From assembly GCF_000011805.1 (NCBI RefSeq), contig NC_006840.2: a DNA stretch of 32,000 nt; one strand, 5' to 3'. The stretch's first letter is position 1. Every line of letters begins with the position of its first letter. The notes beneath the pieces were generated by a model. It did no database searches. It was not told the origin of the DNA and saw nothing but the letters and a program-made list of their open reading frames with translations. Shown here in pieces: positions 1 to 8,685 of the stretch. The translations under genes and the position numbers were made by a program. The DNA comes from Aliivibrio fischeri ES114 (GTDB lineage Bacteria > Pseudomonadota > Gammaproteobacteria > Enterobacterales > Vibrionaceae).

Positions 1-1122
1 AATCAATACAGCAGTAATAAACTCACGAACAGTACGACCGCGAGATACACGCGCAATAAACATACCTACAAATGGAGACCACGAAATCCACCAAGACCAG
101 TAAAACACAGTCCAACCATGCATCCATGCTTCATCAACACGGCCATGAGGATTACTTAACGGAATGATATTTTCTACATATCCCATAACCGTTGTTGGAA
201 TCGTACCCATGGATATAGCGAAAGTAACAAGAGCAACAAAAGCCAATAGTACAATGGCAATTAGCATATTGATGTTACTAATGACTTTTACACCACCATC
301 AATACCACGCATTACCGATACAACAGCAAGTAAGGTAACAACAAAAATAATCGCAACTTGAAGACCTAGGCCGCCATCCATACCAAATACATGGTGGAAG
401 CCACTCGCAGCTTGCTGAGCACCTAAACCTAATGACGTCGCTAGACCAAATAACGTAGCAAGAACCGCTAAAATATCAACAACGTGGCCAGGCCATCCCC
501 ACGTACGATCACCTAAGATTGGATAAAAGATAGAACGCATCGAAAGTGGCAATCCTTTGTTATAAGCAAAAAATGCTAATGACAAAGCAACAACGCCATA
601 AATAGCCCAAGGGTGTAAGCCCCAGTGAAACATAGTTGCACCTAGCGCTAATTTCGCAGCTTCTGGTGTATTTGCCTCAACGCCAAGCGGAGTCTCAAAC
701 CAACCAGTAAAATATGCGACAGGCTCAGCCACGCCCCAGAACATCAATCCAATACCCATACCGGCAGCAAATAGCATTGCTATCCAAGATACCATTGAGT
801 AATCCGGTTTGGCTTTATCACCACCCAGACGAATTTTGCCAAACGGCGATACAATCAATGCTAAACAGAAAATAACAAAGATATTAGCTGACCACATGAA
901 TAAACCATCAAATGCATTAATGATCTTCCATTTAAAACCATCAAGAACGGTTTTGGCGCTTTCGGGATCAGTTACTGCTACAGCAACTAAGAAGAGTGCA
1001 ATCAGACCTGCGCTGATGCCAAAGACGGGATTATGTACATCGAATCCCCATTTCTGAACGTTATCCTGTCCAACAGTATAATCCGTATTATCTATACTGT
1101 ACTTATCCTTATTTCTACTCAT
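1..1122 (-). CDS. BCCT-family (betaine/carnitine/choline-type) osmolyte transporter. The N-terminal 374 codons are visible and the 3' end runs off the window.
   Basis: Absent from the ORF track because it is open at the window edge. My reverse-strand translation from ATG (1122..1120) gives MSRNKDKYSIDNTDYTVGQDNVQKWGFDVHNPVFGISAGL...VSWIAMLFAAGMGIGLMFWGVAEP...HWGLHPWAIYG...GWTVFYWSWWISWSPFVGMFIARVSRGRTVREFITAVLI. There is no stop down to position 1, and 1122 is divisible by 3. The FYWxWWxSWxPFVGxFxARxSRGRTxREF block is the BCCT signature. GAGGA lies immediately upstream of the ATG. Confidence 0.85.
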   Translation of the reverse strand, partial: MSRNKDKYSIDNTDYTVGQDNVQKWGFDVHNPVFGISAGLIALFLVAVAVTDPESAKTVLDGFKWKIINAFDGLFMWSANIFVIFCLALIVSPFGKIRLGGDKAKPDYSMVSWIAMLFAAGMGIGLMFWGVAEPVAYFTGWFETPLGVEANTPEAAKLALGATMFHWGLHPWAIYGVVALSLAFFAYNKGLPLSMRSIFYPILGDRTWGWPGHVVDILAVLATLFGLATSLGLGAQQAASGFHHVFGMDGGLGLQVAIIFVVTLLAVVSVMRGIDGGVKVISNINMLIAIVLLAFVALVTFAISMGTIPTTVMGYVENIIPLSNPHGRVDEAWMHGWTVFYWSWWISWSPFVGMFIARVSRGRTVREFITAVLI

Positions 1123-1280
1123 TATTCCTCACTTCGAGCCTCAGCTCTCTGTTTTGGTTTAATTCAAATACTCGCTTTAAAATATTTAAACACACCTAAT
1201 GATCTTAACAACTGAGCATATAATTGCCAGTAAAAGCAGCGAATTAGCCTAATAAAACAACAAATAAAGGAAAATTATCC

Positions 1281-1299
1281 ATATTGTGAAACACAATAT
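1281..1299. promoter_or_regulatory. Inverted repeat ATATTGTG-aaa-CACAATAT upstream of the BCCT gene, a candidate operator.
   Basis: Perfect 8-3-8 dyad read directly from the sequence, about 160 nt upstream of the BCCT start. No known binding protein can be assigned from sequence alone. Confidence 0.25.
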
Positions 1300-1312
1300 C
1301 TGTTCTACAAAC

Positions 1313-1343
1313 AAAAAAACGGTGAATAATTCACCGCTTTTTT
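1313..1343 (-). terminator. Rho-independent terminator ending the ABC importer operon, bidirectional in shape.
   Basis: Stem CGGTGAA (1320-1326) / TTCACCG (1330-1336) with a 3-nt loop. It is flanked by A7 (1313-1319) and T6 (1338-1343), so a U-run follows the stem on either strand. It sits 18 nt past the stop of the last permease gene. Confidence 0.7.
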
Positions 1344-1360
1344 ATTAGCTAAAAAATAGG

Positions 1361-2302
1361 TTAGCCTTTATAAATTTTAGGATTAAACACATCTCTTAAC
1401 CAGTCACCCAGTAAGTTAATCACTAAAACTAAGGTAACTAAAACAAGTCCTGGGAAAGCGGTTATCCACCACGAACCAGAGAAAATGTAGTTAAAACCAA
1501 TACTGATTAAAGAGCCTAATGAAGGTTGGTCAACAGGTAAACCTAACCCTAAGAAAGACAGCGCTGCCTCTGACATAATCGCATTAGCAATTTGAACCGT
1601 TGAGATAACCAAAATAGGCGATAAACAGTTAGGGAGAATATGGCGGAACATGATGCGAGGAGAACGGAACCCCATGACTTTTGCAGCCTCTACATACTCT
1701 TTTTTCTTCTCAGCAAGCACTGATGCGCGAATAGTACGAGCATATTGTGGCCATTCAGCAACACCAATGATCACCACAAGCATAACAACAGCATACTGGC
1801 TAAAAAACTCAGTCCCAAAACTGGCTTTAAAAATAGCCGATACAATGATTGCAACCATCATCGTAGAAAAAGATAACTGAACATCGGCAAATCGCATTAA
1901 AAAACTATCAATACGTCCACCAAAATAACCTGCAGATAAACCAATAATAATCCCCAACGCTAATTGCACACCAACCGCAAGAAAACCAATAGTCAATGAC
2001 AAGCGTGAGCCATACAGAATAGTAGAAAGCACATCTCGGCCTTGGTCATCAGTACCAAGAAGAAATCGCTCATCCCCCTCTTCCATCCAAGATGGAGGCA
2101 ATTCCGAATCCATAATATCAATCGAACTTAAGTCGTATGGATTAGTTGGTGCAATAACAGGGGACAGCAGTGCTCCTAATACAAAAACCAAAAACACAGC
2201 AAAACTGAACATCGCGACTTTATCGCGTAAGAAATAATAAAGAAAATCGGAAGATTTAAATCGTTCCCAACGAGTTGGAACGTGAGTCGTTGTCGTATTC
2301 AT
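1361..2302 (-). CDS. ABC peptide/opine-type importer permease, DppC/OppC-like (313 aa).
   Basis: ORF-track protein has multiple hydrophobic spans and the binding-protein-dependent transport motif region (EAAKVMGFRSPRIMFRHILPN). Its start lies 2 nt after the stop of the upstream permease gene, suggesting translational coupling. Confidence 0.9.
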   Translation of the reverse strand: MNTTTTHVPTRWERFKSSDFLYYFLRDKVAMFSFAVFLVFVLGALLSPVIAPTNPYDLSSIDIMDSELPPSWMEEGDERFLLGTDDQGRDVLSTILYGSRLSLTIGFLAVGVQLALGIIIGLSAGYFGGRIDSFLMRFADVQLSFSTMMVAIIVSAIFKASFGTEFFSQYAVVMLVVIIGVAEWPQYARTIRASVLAEKKKEYVEAAKVMGFRSPRIMFRHILPNCLSPILVISTVQIANAIMSEAALSFLGLGLPVDQPSLGSLISIGFNYIFSGSWWITAFPGLVLVTLVLVINLLGDWLRDVFNPKIYKG

Positions 2303-2304
2303 GA

Positions 2305-3282
2305 TTACGCTCCTTTGCCTGTGATATCAACGGTTGGGTTAATTAATCCATATAACAAATCAACAATGGTGTTTGTTACTACGAAGATAAGACCAACAAA
2401 AATAACGTAAGCGGTAATTAATGGCGTATCGACACGGTTAATCGCTTCTAAAAATAAAAATCCAGTGCCTGGCCATTGAAACACTGTTTCAGTAAGAATG
2501 GTGTAAGCGACCATGGTACCAATTTGAACACCTCCAACGGTGAGCACTGGCAACATGGTATTTTTTAGAGCGTGTTGATAATAAATTTTATTGGTGGCGA
2601 TCCCTTTTGCCTTTGAGAATTTGATGTACTCCGAACTAAGCACTTCTAGCATTTCAGAGCGAACCAAACGAATAAATAGAGGTAACATAATTGAAGCAAG
2701 GGAAATACACGGCAGAATCAGATGCGCTAAGCCATCAATAGTAAAGAACCCTGATTCCCAACCAAGCAAGTTATACGTCTCTCCTCGTCCATAAGACGGT
2801 AACCAATTAAGTTCAATCGAGAAAACATACATCAACATAATCGCAGTAAGGAAAACCGGTATTGAAATACCAATACTACTGAATGCCATAATTGCTTTAG
2901 TAAAAATACTTTTTGGATTAATAGCAGAATAAACCCCAAGAGGTATCGATAAACAGACAATAATAATCGCTGCGCCAAACACTAACTCTAGCGTCGCTAC
3001 CAATTTATCAAGAATAACTTCTACTGCAGGTTTTTTGAAAAAATACGATGTACCGAGATCGCCCTGAAGCGCATTACTTACAAATCGAGAATATTTGGTA
3101 ATAAATGGGTCATTTAGACCTAACTCATCGCGCAAAGCTTGACGTTCAGCTTCAGAAACTGACTGACCAACCAATTCACGTAACGGGTCACCCAAATTAT
3201 CTTGGATGGAAAACGCAACCAGACTGATCACAAACATCACTATCAGTGCCTGAAACAGGCGCTTGACCAGAAACGTAAACAT
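2305..3282 (-). CDS. ABC peptide/opine-type importer permease, DppB/OppB-like (325 aa).
   Basis: N-terminus MFTFLVKRLFQALIVMFVISLVAF and C-terminus LYGLINP are typical of DppB/OppB-family permeases. The EAA-loop-like region is SEYIKFSKAKGIATNKIYYQHALKN. It lies in an operon with a family-5 SBP and a double ATPase. Confidence 0.9.
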   Translation of the reverse strand: MFTFLVKRLFQALIVMFVISLVAFSIQDNLGDPLRELVGQSVSEAERQALRDELGLNDPFITKYSRFVSNALQGDLGTSYFFKKPAVEVILDKLVATLELVFGAAIIIVCLSIPLGVYSAINPKSIFTKAIMAFSSIGISIPVFLTAIMLMYVFSIELNWLPSYGRGETYNLLGWESGFFTIDGLAHLILPCISLASIMLPLFIRLVRSEMLEVLSSEYIKFSKAKGIATNKIYYQHALKNTMLPVLTVGGVQIGTMVAYTILTETVFQWPGTGFLFLEAINRVDTPLITAYVIFVGLIFVVTNTIVDLLYGLINPTVDITGKGA

Positions 3283-3383
3283 TCCTTGTCCCCTTTCTTT
3301 ATCCTAAAAATGACATGAGAAAAGTATCTCTATGTCTAACAAATTGTCGGTATTACTTTTATTAAGAAATGAATGACATAAAT

Positions 3384-3413
3384 AAGGTTGCTCTAACACC
3401 ATAGAGCAACCTT
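3384..3413 (-). promoter_or_regulatory. Intra-operon stem-loop between the binding-protein gene and the permease genes.
   Basis: Perfect 12-bp stem AAGGTTGCTCTA (3384-3395) / TAGAGCAACCTT (3402-3413) with a 6-nt loop, 14 nt downstream of the SBP stop in the minus-strand sense. It is followed on the minus strand by an interrupted U-rich tract (ATTTATGTCATT). Confidence 0.5.
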
Positions 3414-3426
3414 TTCATTTATGTTT

Positions 3427-4980
3427 TTATTTAACCACTAGGTCACCAAAATATGGGTATTCCATTGCGTTTACGATTGGCTTGATATCAATGTTTGATT
3501 TTGCGCCCCAAGCAAGGTTCTGCCAGTGTAGAGGAACAAATGCCGCATCATCATATAAAGTCTTTTCTACCGTTTTTAGGATTTGGCTACGCTTAGCAGG
3601 GTCCGTTTCTACGTTAGCTGCTTCAACCATCTTATCTAACTCTGGGTTAGAGTAATGACCACAGTTGTACTGTCCTTTACCCGTTTCTTCATTACGAGTC
3701 ATCGTTAAGAACTCAGAGAAGTTCGCTGAATCTTCTGTGTCTGAGTGCCAGCCGATCATCATCATGTCAGCTGCACATAAGTCAAATTCTGGCCAGTATT
3801 GCGCTTTTGGTAATGTCTTTAGATCCACTTTAATGCCGATTTTCGACAGCATCGCAGCGGCGGCTTGCGCTACTTTTGCATCGTTAACATAACGGTTATT
3901 TGGAGCCATCATGCTTAGCTTAAAACCATCTTTATAGCCTGCTTCAGCCATAAGTTGCTTAGCTTTTTTCAAATCGTAGCGAGGAACAAGTTCTGCATCA
4001 TAACCAGAATAACCCGATGGACCTTGTTGACCAGCCGTAGTCGCAAAACCTTTCATGATTTTTTTAACGATGCCTTCGTTATTAATAGCATGAACAATCG
4101 CTTGACGAACACGCACGTCTTTCAGTGCTTCATTACTGTTTTGGTTCATTTGGAACGTAATGATTCGAGTACCTGGAAGAGTAACTAAATCAATTCCTTT
4201 GGTACTTTTAACACGCTTGTGATCATTAGGGGCTACCGGTGCAATAATATCTACATCGCCAGAAAGAAGAGCTGCAACACGAGTCGCATTTTCTTTGATT
4301 GGAACTAACGTCAGCTCATCTACATTACCTGGAGAATTTTTGTCCCAATAACCATCGAAACGATCAAAAACAACTTTCACGCCTTGCTCACGAGACTTAA
4401 CAACAAATGGACCAGTACCAGAGATGTGTGTCGATGCAAAAGAATTACCGTGTTTTACGATTTCAGACTTATCTTTACCGTCTTCAGTCTTACCCGTATA
4501 GAACTTGCTATCCATTGGGAAAATATAAGTAGCGGTTTGAAGCACAAGTGGATAAGCACCTTTAGAAACTAATTCAACCGTATAATCATCGATTTTAACC
4601 AACTTCTCATACGGTTCAAAAATCGCTTTAAAATCCGGAGAATCCTTTAGACGGTTGAATGTCCATACAACATCATCAGCCGTCATTTCATTACCTGAAT
4701 GAAATTTCACGCCCTTACGCAAATTAAAACGGAAAGTCGTATCATCAATACGCTCCCACTTTTCAGCTAGACGAGGTTCGAAATCGAACGATTGCGTGTA
4801 ACGCACTAGAGGATCAAATACCATATGAGAAAGTTGTAACGTACCGCCAGATAGCTGCTCATGTGGATCGAGTGATACTGGGTCTGCATCATAGGCAACA
4901 GTAATATCTGCAGCTGCTGCACTAAAACTTAAACCTGCAGCCATCAATGCGATAGCTAATTTAGTCTTCATGGTTTTCAT
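3427..4980 (-). CDS. Periplasmic substrate-binding protein, ABC family 5 (peptide/nickel/opine type), 517 aa.
   Basis: Signal peptide MKTMKTKLAIALMAAGLSFSAAAA. Family-5 SBP-like core (ITVAYDADPVSLDPHE..., GTGPFVV). AAGGAG lies 7 nt upstream of the ATG at 4980. Confidence 0.9.
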   Translation of the reverse strand: MKTMKTKLAIALMAAGLSFSAAAADITVAYDADPVSLDPHEQLSGGTLQLSHMVFDPLVRYTQSFDFEPRLAEKWERIDDTTFRFNLRKGVKFHSGNEMTADDVVWTFNRLKDSPDFKAIFEPYEKLVKIDDYTVELVSKGAYPLVLQTATYIFPMDSKFYTGKTEDGKDKSEIVKHGNSFASTHISGTGPFVVKSREQGVKVVFDRFDGYWDKNSPGNVDELTLVPIKENATRVAALLSGDVDIIAPVAPNDHKRVKSTKGIDLVTLPGTRIITFQMNQNSNEALKDVRVRQAIVHAINNEGIVKKIMKGFATTAGQQGPSGYSGYDAELVPRYDLKKAKQLMAEAGYKDGFKLSMMAPNNRYVNDAKVAQAAAAMLSKIGIKVDLKTLPKAQYWPEFDLCAADMMMIGWHSDTEDSANFSEFLTMTRNEETGKGQYNCGHYSNPELDKMVEAANVETDPAKRSQILKTVEKTLYDDAAFVPLHWQNLAWGAKSNIDIKPIVNAMEYPYFGDLVVK

Positions 4981-5058
4981 TGCATAACTCCTTATGCGGG
5001 ACTGGATCCCTAGTTTATTGTTTTGTTGTGTTTGTACTTATTATTGGGTGGTTTATAC

Positions 5059-6768
5059 CTATGCGGTTTGCTCTCTTAACCCCTTAAATTCAGGCATAAG
5101 AGAAATTAACTGTTTGCTGTAGTCATGCTGCGGATTGGTATAAAGATTCTCTGTTGGTGCCACTTCTAGTAACGTTCCCATCTGCATTACACCAACACGG
5201 TCACACATCTGACGAATCACAGGTAAATCATGGCTGATGAACAACATCGTTAAGTTCAATTCATCCTGTAAATCTTTCAATAAATTGAGAATTTGAGCTT
5301 GAACCGATACATCTAAAGCCGAAGTTGGCTCATCACAAATCAATAAACGTGGACGTGTCGCTAATGCACGAGCGATAGAAATACGTTGACGTTGACCTCC
5401 AGAAAACTCATGCGGATACTTCAAGGCAGCCATTCGACCCAAGCCTACGTGATCCAAAAGATCATTAACGATCTGTTGCGTTTCTGATTCAGAGCGAGTG
5501 AGTTTATGAAAACGAATCGGCTCTGCGATAATATCGAAGATTTTCATGCGTGGATTCATTGAAGTGTATGGGTTTTGAAATACCATCTGCATTTGGCGGC
5601 GCATTGGACGGCGCTCTTTTTCTGACTTGAGAGCGGTAAGATCAATACCTTCAAATGTCACTGAGCCAGAGTTTGGTGGGTATAATCCTGCGATAACACG
5701 AGCAATGGTTGATTTACCTGAACCTGATTCACCAACCAAACCAAAAGTTTCCCCTTCATGAATTTCGAAACTCACATTATTAGAAGCTTGGACGTACTCA
5801 CGACGGCTTTCAAAAAAAGAATCTTTTGTTATGAAACGAAGATTTACGTTTTCAACTTTCAATAAAGGACCTGCGTATTCACGCTGATCTTGGCTTTGAC
5901 CTAACCAGTGATTTTTAACATCAATAGGTTCATGCTCAACCGCTTCCTCGATATAACTCACTAATGGAAAACGATCTAATTTAATATCTGAACGAGGAAC
6001 CGCAGAAATTAAGCTACGGGTATAAGAATGGTCAGGATCACCCAATACTTTTTCTGTTTTTCCAAATTCAACAAGATCTCCACGGTACATTACTGCGACT
6101 TTATCTGTCACATTAGATACCACCCCCATATCGTGAGTAACCAACATACAGCCAACGTTATTTTTAACGCATAACTCACGAATAAGGTTTAGAATTTGAT
6201 CTTGAATCGACACATCCAGTGCCGTTGTTGGTTCATCAGCAATGATCAGATCGGGTTCACCAGCTAATGCGATAGCAATAACTACACGTTGGCGCATACC
6301 ACCTGAAAATTGATGTGGAAATTGTTTTAATCTATTTTCAGGCTGAGGGATACCAACTTGTTCCATTAAAGATAATGCACGAGCATAAGCCTCTTCAGGA
6401 GATACCGACAAGTTAGCATGAATGGTTTCCGTTAATTGCTGCTCAACGGTAAATAAAGGATTTAATGAGGTCATTGGGTCTTGGAAGATAAAACCAATTT
6501 TAGAACCTCGAACCTTACGCATTTCTTCAGCGGTTAATCCTGATATTTTTTCTCCATCAAGAAACACCTCACCATCAGCAATAACGCCAGGAGGGCTTAA
6601 TAAATCAATAACAGCATTACCTACTGTTGATTTACCTGCACCTGATTCACCAACAACGCCTACAATTTCACCACGCTCAATTGAAAATGACAGTGATTTA
6701 ACAGCGGCATGAACACCATGACGTGACGGATATTCAATACGTAAATTTTTAACTTCTAAAAGTGACAT
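5059..6768 (-). CDS. Fused double ABC ATPase (two nucleotide-binding domains, DppD/DppF-like fusion), about 569 aa.
   Basis: Two Walker A motifs ([18 protein letters not shown]), two ABC signatures ([16 protein letters not shown]) and two Walker B motifs ([24 protein letters not shown]). I place the start at the internal ATG 6768 ([13 protein letters not shown]) because GGAG sits 8 nt upstream. The 21 extra N-terminal codons in the track ORF (to 6831) have no RBS. Confidence 0.85.
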   Translation of the reverse strand: MSLLEVKNLRIEYPSRHGVHAAVKSLSFSIERGEIVGVVGESGAGKSTVGNAVIDLLSPPGVIADGEVFLDGEKISGLTAEEMRKVRGSKIGFIFQDPMTSLNPLFTVEQQLTETIHANLSVSPEEAYARALSLMEQVGIPQPENRLKQFPHQFSGGMRQRVVIAIALAGEPDLIIADEPTTALDVSIQDQILNLIRELCVKNNVGCMLVTHDMGVVSNVTDKVAVMYRGDLVEFGKTEKVLGDPDHSYTRSLISAVPRSDIKLDRFPLVSYIEEAVEHEPIDVKNHWLGQSQDQREYAGPLLKVENVNLRFITKDSFFESRREYVQASNNVSFEIHEGETFGLVGESGSGKSTIARVIAGLYPPNSGSVTFEGIDLTALKSEKERRPMRRQMQMVFQNPYTSMNPRMKIFDIIAEPIRFHKLTRSESETQQIVNDLLDHVGLGRMAALKYPHEFSGGQRQRISIARALATRPRLLICDEPTSALDVSVQAQILNLLKDLQDELNLTMLFISHDLPVIRQMCDRVGVMQMGTLLEVAPTENLYTNPQHDYSKQLISLMPEFKGLREQTA

Positions 6769-7292
6769 TCTCAGACTCCGACTACTCGGCAGCATCCTGC
6801 CCTGTCTGCACATTGATTCCATTCGTAACAATTTATGTAACTGTTACTTGTTTAGGACACCAATGTAGTCAATTATTCACATAAAAGCAACAATTAAAGA
6901 GCAATAAGCTATTTAATGCTTTTTAAGTGCATAAAAAATCATAAAATGGCAAATGAATATAAAGTCTCACTTTTTAAAATAAACTTTAAAACAATGAAAA
7001 ACATAAACTTATAATTAATAAGAGATTAAAAACATGATCATCATCACCATCGGTAACAATGTAAATAAAACATAAATAATCTTAACATTTATGCCAGCTT
7101 AAAATATCGATAAGAAAAAGATTAACAGATCTATTGTTTGCCTAACTAAGTAATAAGCCACGATAAAATCAGACAACCAGATAAAAAATAGGATTAAACA
7201 CTGAGGTAAATTAGAAAAATAAAAAGAAAGGTAAAACCAGATAAAATGATGATAATGTGATGAGGATAAGAAGATTCTATTATTCAGAAATG

Positions 7293-7320
7293 AAAAAAGC
7301 CTCGTCATTTCTGACGAGGC
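7293..7320 (-). terminator. Rho-independent terminator of the tRNA operon.
   Basis: Stem GCCTCGTCA (7299-7307) / TGACGAGGC (7312-7320) with a 4-nt loop. A6 at 7293-7298 gives U6 after the stem on the minus strand. It lies 9 nt downstream of the last tRNA. Confidence 0.8.
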
Positions 7321-7328
7321 TTTAAATG

Positions 7329-7405
<77 letters not shown>

Positions 7406-7477
7406 ATGTTTTATTTTAACTCTTGGGAAAGTGAGTTAAAAATGGAAACCTAAACAATGAGGTTACCCGCAAATTAA

Positions 7478-7554
7478 TGGGGTGGCTAACGAGATTCGAA
7501 CTCGCGACCACCGGAATCACAATCCAGGGCTCTACCAACTGAGCTATAGCCACC
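7478..7554 (-). tRNA. tRNA-His (anticodon GUG), copy 1.
   Basis: Reverse complement is GGTGGCTATAGCTCAGTTGGTAGAGCCCTGGATTGTGATTCCGGTGGTCGCGAGTTCGAATCTCGTTAGCCACCCCA. It includes the His-specific extra 5' G(-1) and the anticodon loop TTGTGAT. Confidence 0.95.
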
Positions 7555-7594
7555 ACAAATTTGGTATTTACTGCCTTAGCAATAAATGAAATAG

Positions 7595-7671
<77 letters not shown>

Positions 7672-7743
7672 ACTTGTTTTCGTTTCGACTCTTGGGATGT
7701 TACTTGAATCAAAACTGGAAACTTATACAAGTTACCAAAATAA

Positions 7744-7820
7744 TGGGGTGGCTAACGAGATTCGAACTCGCGACCACCGGAATCACAATCCAGGGCTCTA
7801 CCAACTGAGCTATAGCCACC
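7744..7820 (-). tRNA. tRNA-His (anticodon GUG), copy 2.
   Basis: Its 77 nt are identical to 7478..7554. Confidence 0.95.
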
Positions 7821-7854
7821 ACTACTTTTTTGTGCCTTTAATTTATATTCCGGA

Positions 7855-7931
<77 letters not shown>

Positions 7932-7952
7932 ATACCCTATCGGCGGAGAGGA

Positions 7953-7981
7953 ATAATACGGATCTGTGTGACCCACGTCTA
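7953..7981 (-). promoter_or_regulatory. Candidate sigma70 promoter of the tRNA operon with an A/T-rich UP-like tract.
   Basis: On the minus strand, TAGACG (rc of 7976-7981) is followed by a 17-nt spacer and TATTAT (rc of 7953-7958), then the GC-rich discriminator TCCTCTCCGCC. tRNA-Arg begins 22 nt after the -10. Upstream lie long A-tracts (rc of 7985-8010). Confidence 0.5.
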
Positions 7982-8201
7982 GTGTTTTTTTTACTTTTTT
8001 TGTTGTTTGGTCTCTTTTTCAACAATTCCTTAGTGTTTATCCTCATTTTCTTTAGGTCTAGTGGTTTATTGCAACAATTTAAGCAGATATAATCACTCAA
8101 TATTTACACGATGTTAACGTTCTGATTTTTTTCGGTTCGTTAAAAACTCGGTAAATACAATAAAATCGGCTGAAGCCAATAATAATAACTGGGAGTGTAA
8201 A

Positions 8202-8618
8202 GTGAACTTTATGGAAAAATCTGTTCGTAACATCATCATTGCAATGGTTGCTGTATTAACTTTCTCAACCACCTCTTTTGCAGCAAATAACTCTGATGAT
8301 GCTATTGCTGAGCGAATTAAGCCAGTTGGCCAAGTTTATCTTGCGAGCGATGTTCCTGTGGTTGAAGAACCAACTGGCCCTCGTTCTGGTGAGCAAGTTT
8401 ACAATACCTTCTGTATTGCCTGTCACGCGACAGGGGCTGCTGGTGCACCAAAAACACAAAATGCAGAAGATTGGGCCCCTCGAATAGCAAAAGGTATGGA
8501 CACACTAAAAGATCATGCTCTTAATGGCTTTAATGCAATGCCAGCAAAAGGATCTTGTATGAATTGTTCTGATGATGAAGTTATTGCAGCAGTAGAGCAT
8601 TTAATTAAAGGGTTATAA
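8202..8618 (+). CDS. Cytochrome c5-type monoheme c-type cytochrome (138 aa), periplasmic.
   Basis: Signal peptide ending SFA-AN. Heme motif CIACH with downstream Met (NAMPAKG). The second Cys pair CMNC is typical of the cytochrome c5 family. The GTG start at 8202 has GGGAG 6 nt upstream, whereas the ATG at 8211 would be 15 nt from it. Confidence 0.85.
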   Translation: MNFMEKSVRNIIIAMVAVLTFSTTSFAANNSDDAIAERIKPVGQVYLASDVPVVEEPTGPRSGEQVYNTFCIACHATGAAGAPKTQNAEDWAPRIAKGMDTLKDHALNGFNAMPAKGSCMNCSDDEVIAAVEHLIKGL

Positions 8619-8630
8619 AAATAATCTACT

Positions 8631-8668
8631 TATAAATAAAAATGCCCATAGAATTTTCTACGGGCATT
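8631..8668 (-). terminator. Stem-loop between the convergent cytochrome c5 and rep genes. The U-run is only on the rep (minus) side.
   Basis: AATGCCCATAG (8641-8651) / CTACGGGCATT (8658-8668), an 11-bp stem with one mismatch. The minus strand continues TTTTATTTAT. The plus strand lacks a T-run after the stem. Confidence 0.55.
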
Positions 8669-8685
8669 AACGTTATCTATAAACT

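Noticed and set aside
164-1215. Plus-strand ORFs 164..361, 809..1057 and 1033..1215.
   Set aside because: They are antisense to the clearly conserved BCCT transporter reading frame on the minus strand, with no independent support.
1361-6768. Naming the ABC operon gsiABCD (glutathione importer) because of the ATPase-SBP-permease-permease order.
   Set aside because: The binding protein does not visibly resemble my memory of E. coli GsiB beyond family-5 features. Substrate cannot be inferred from gene order, so the call is kept generic.
6769-6831. N-terminal extension of the ABC ATPase ORF (MLRMESMCRQGRMLPSSRSLR).
   Set aside because: There is no RBS. The internal ATG at 6768 has GGAG at proper spacing and begins the conserved MSLLEVKNL... 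ABC N-terminus.
7034-7075. Mini-ORF MIIITIGNNVNKT, reminiscent of Ile/Thr-rich attenuator leader peptides such as thrL.
   Set aside because: There is only a weak purine tract upstream. No alternative GC-rich hairpins follow it. No same-strand gene lies downstream, since the next plus-strand gene is more than 1.1 kb away across antisense tRNAs. In 70+ percent AT DNA, ATC/ACC runs are not convincing on their own.
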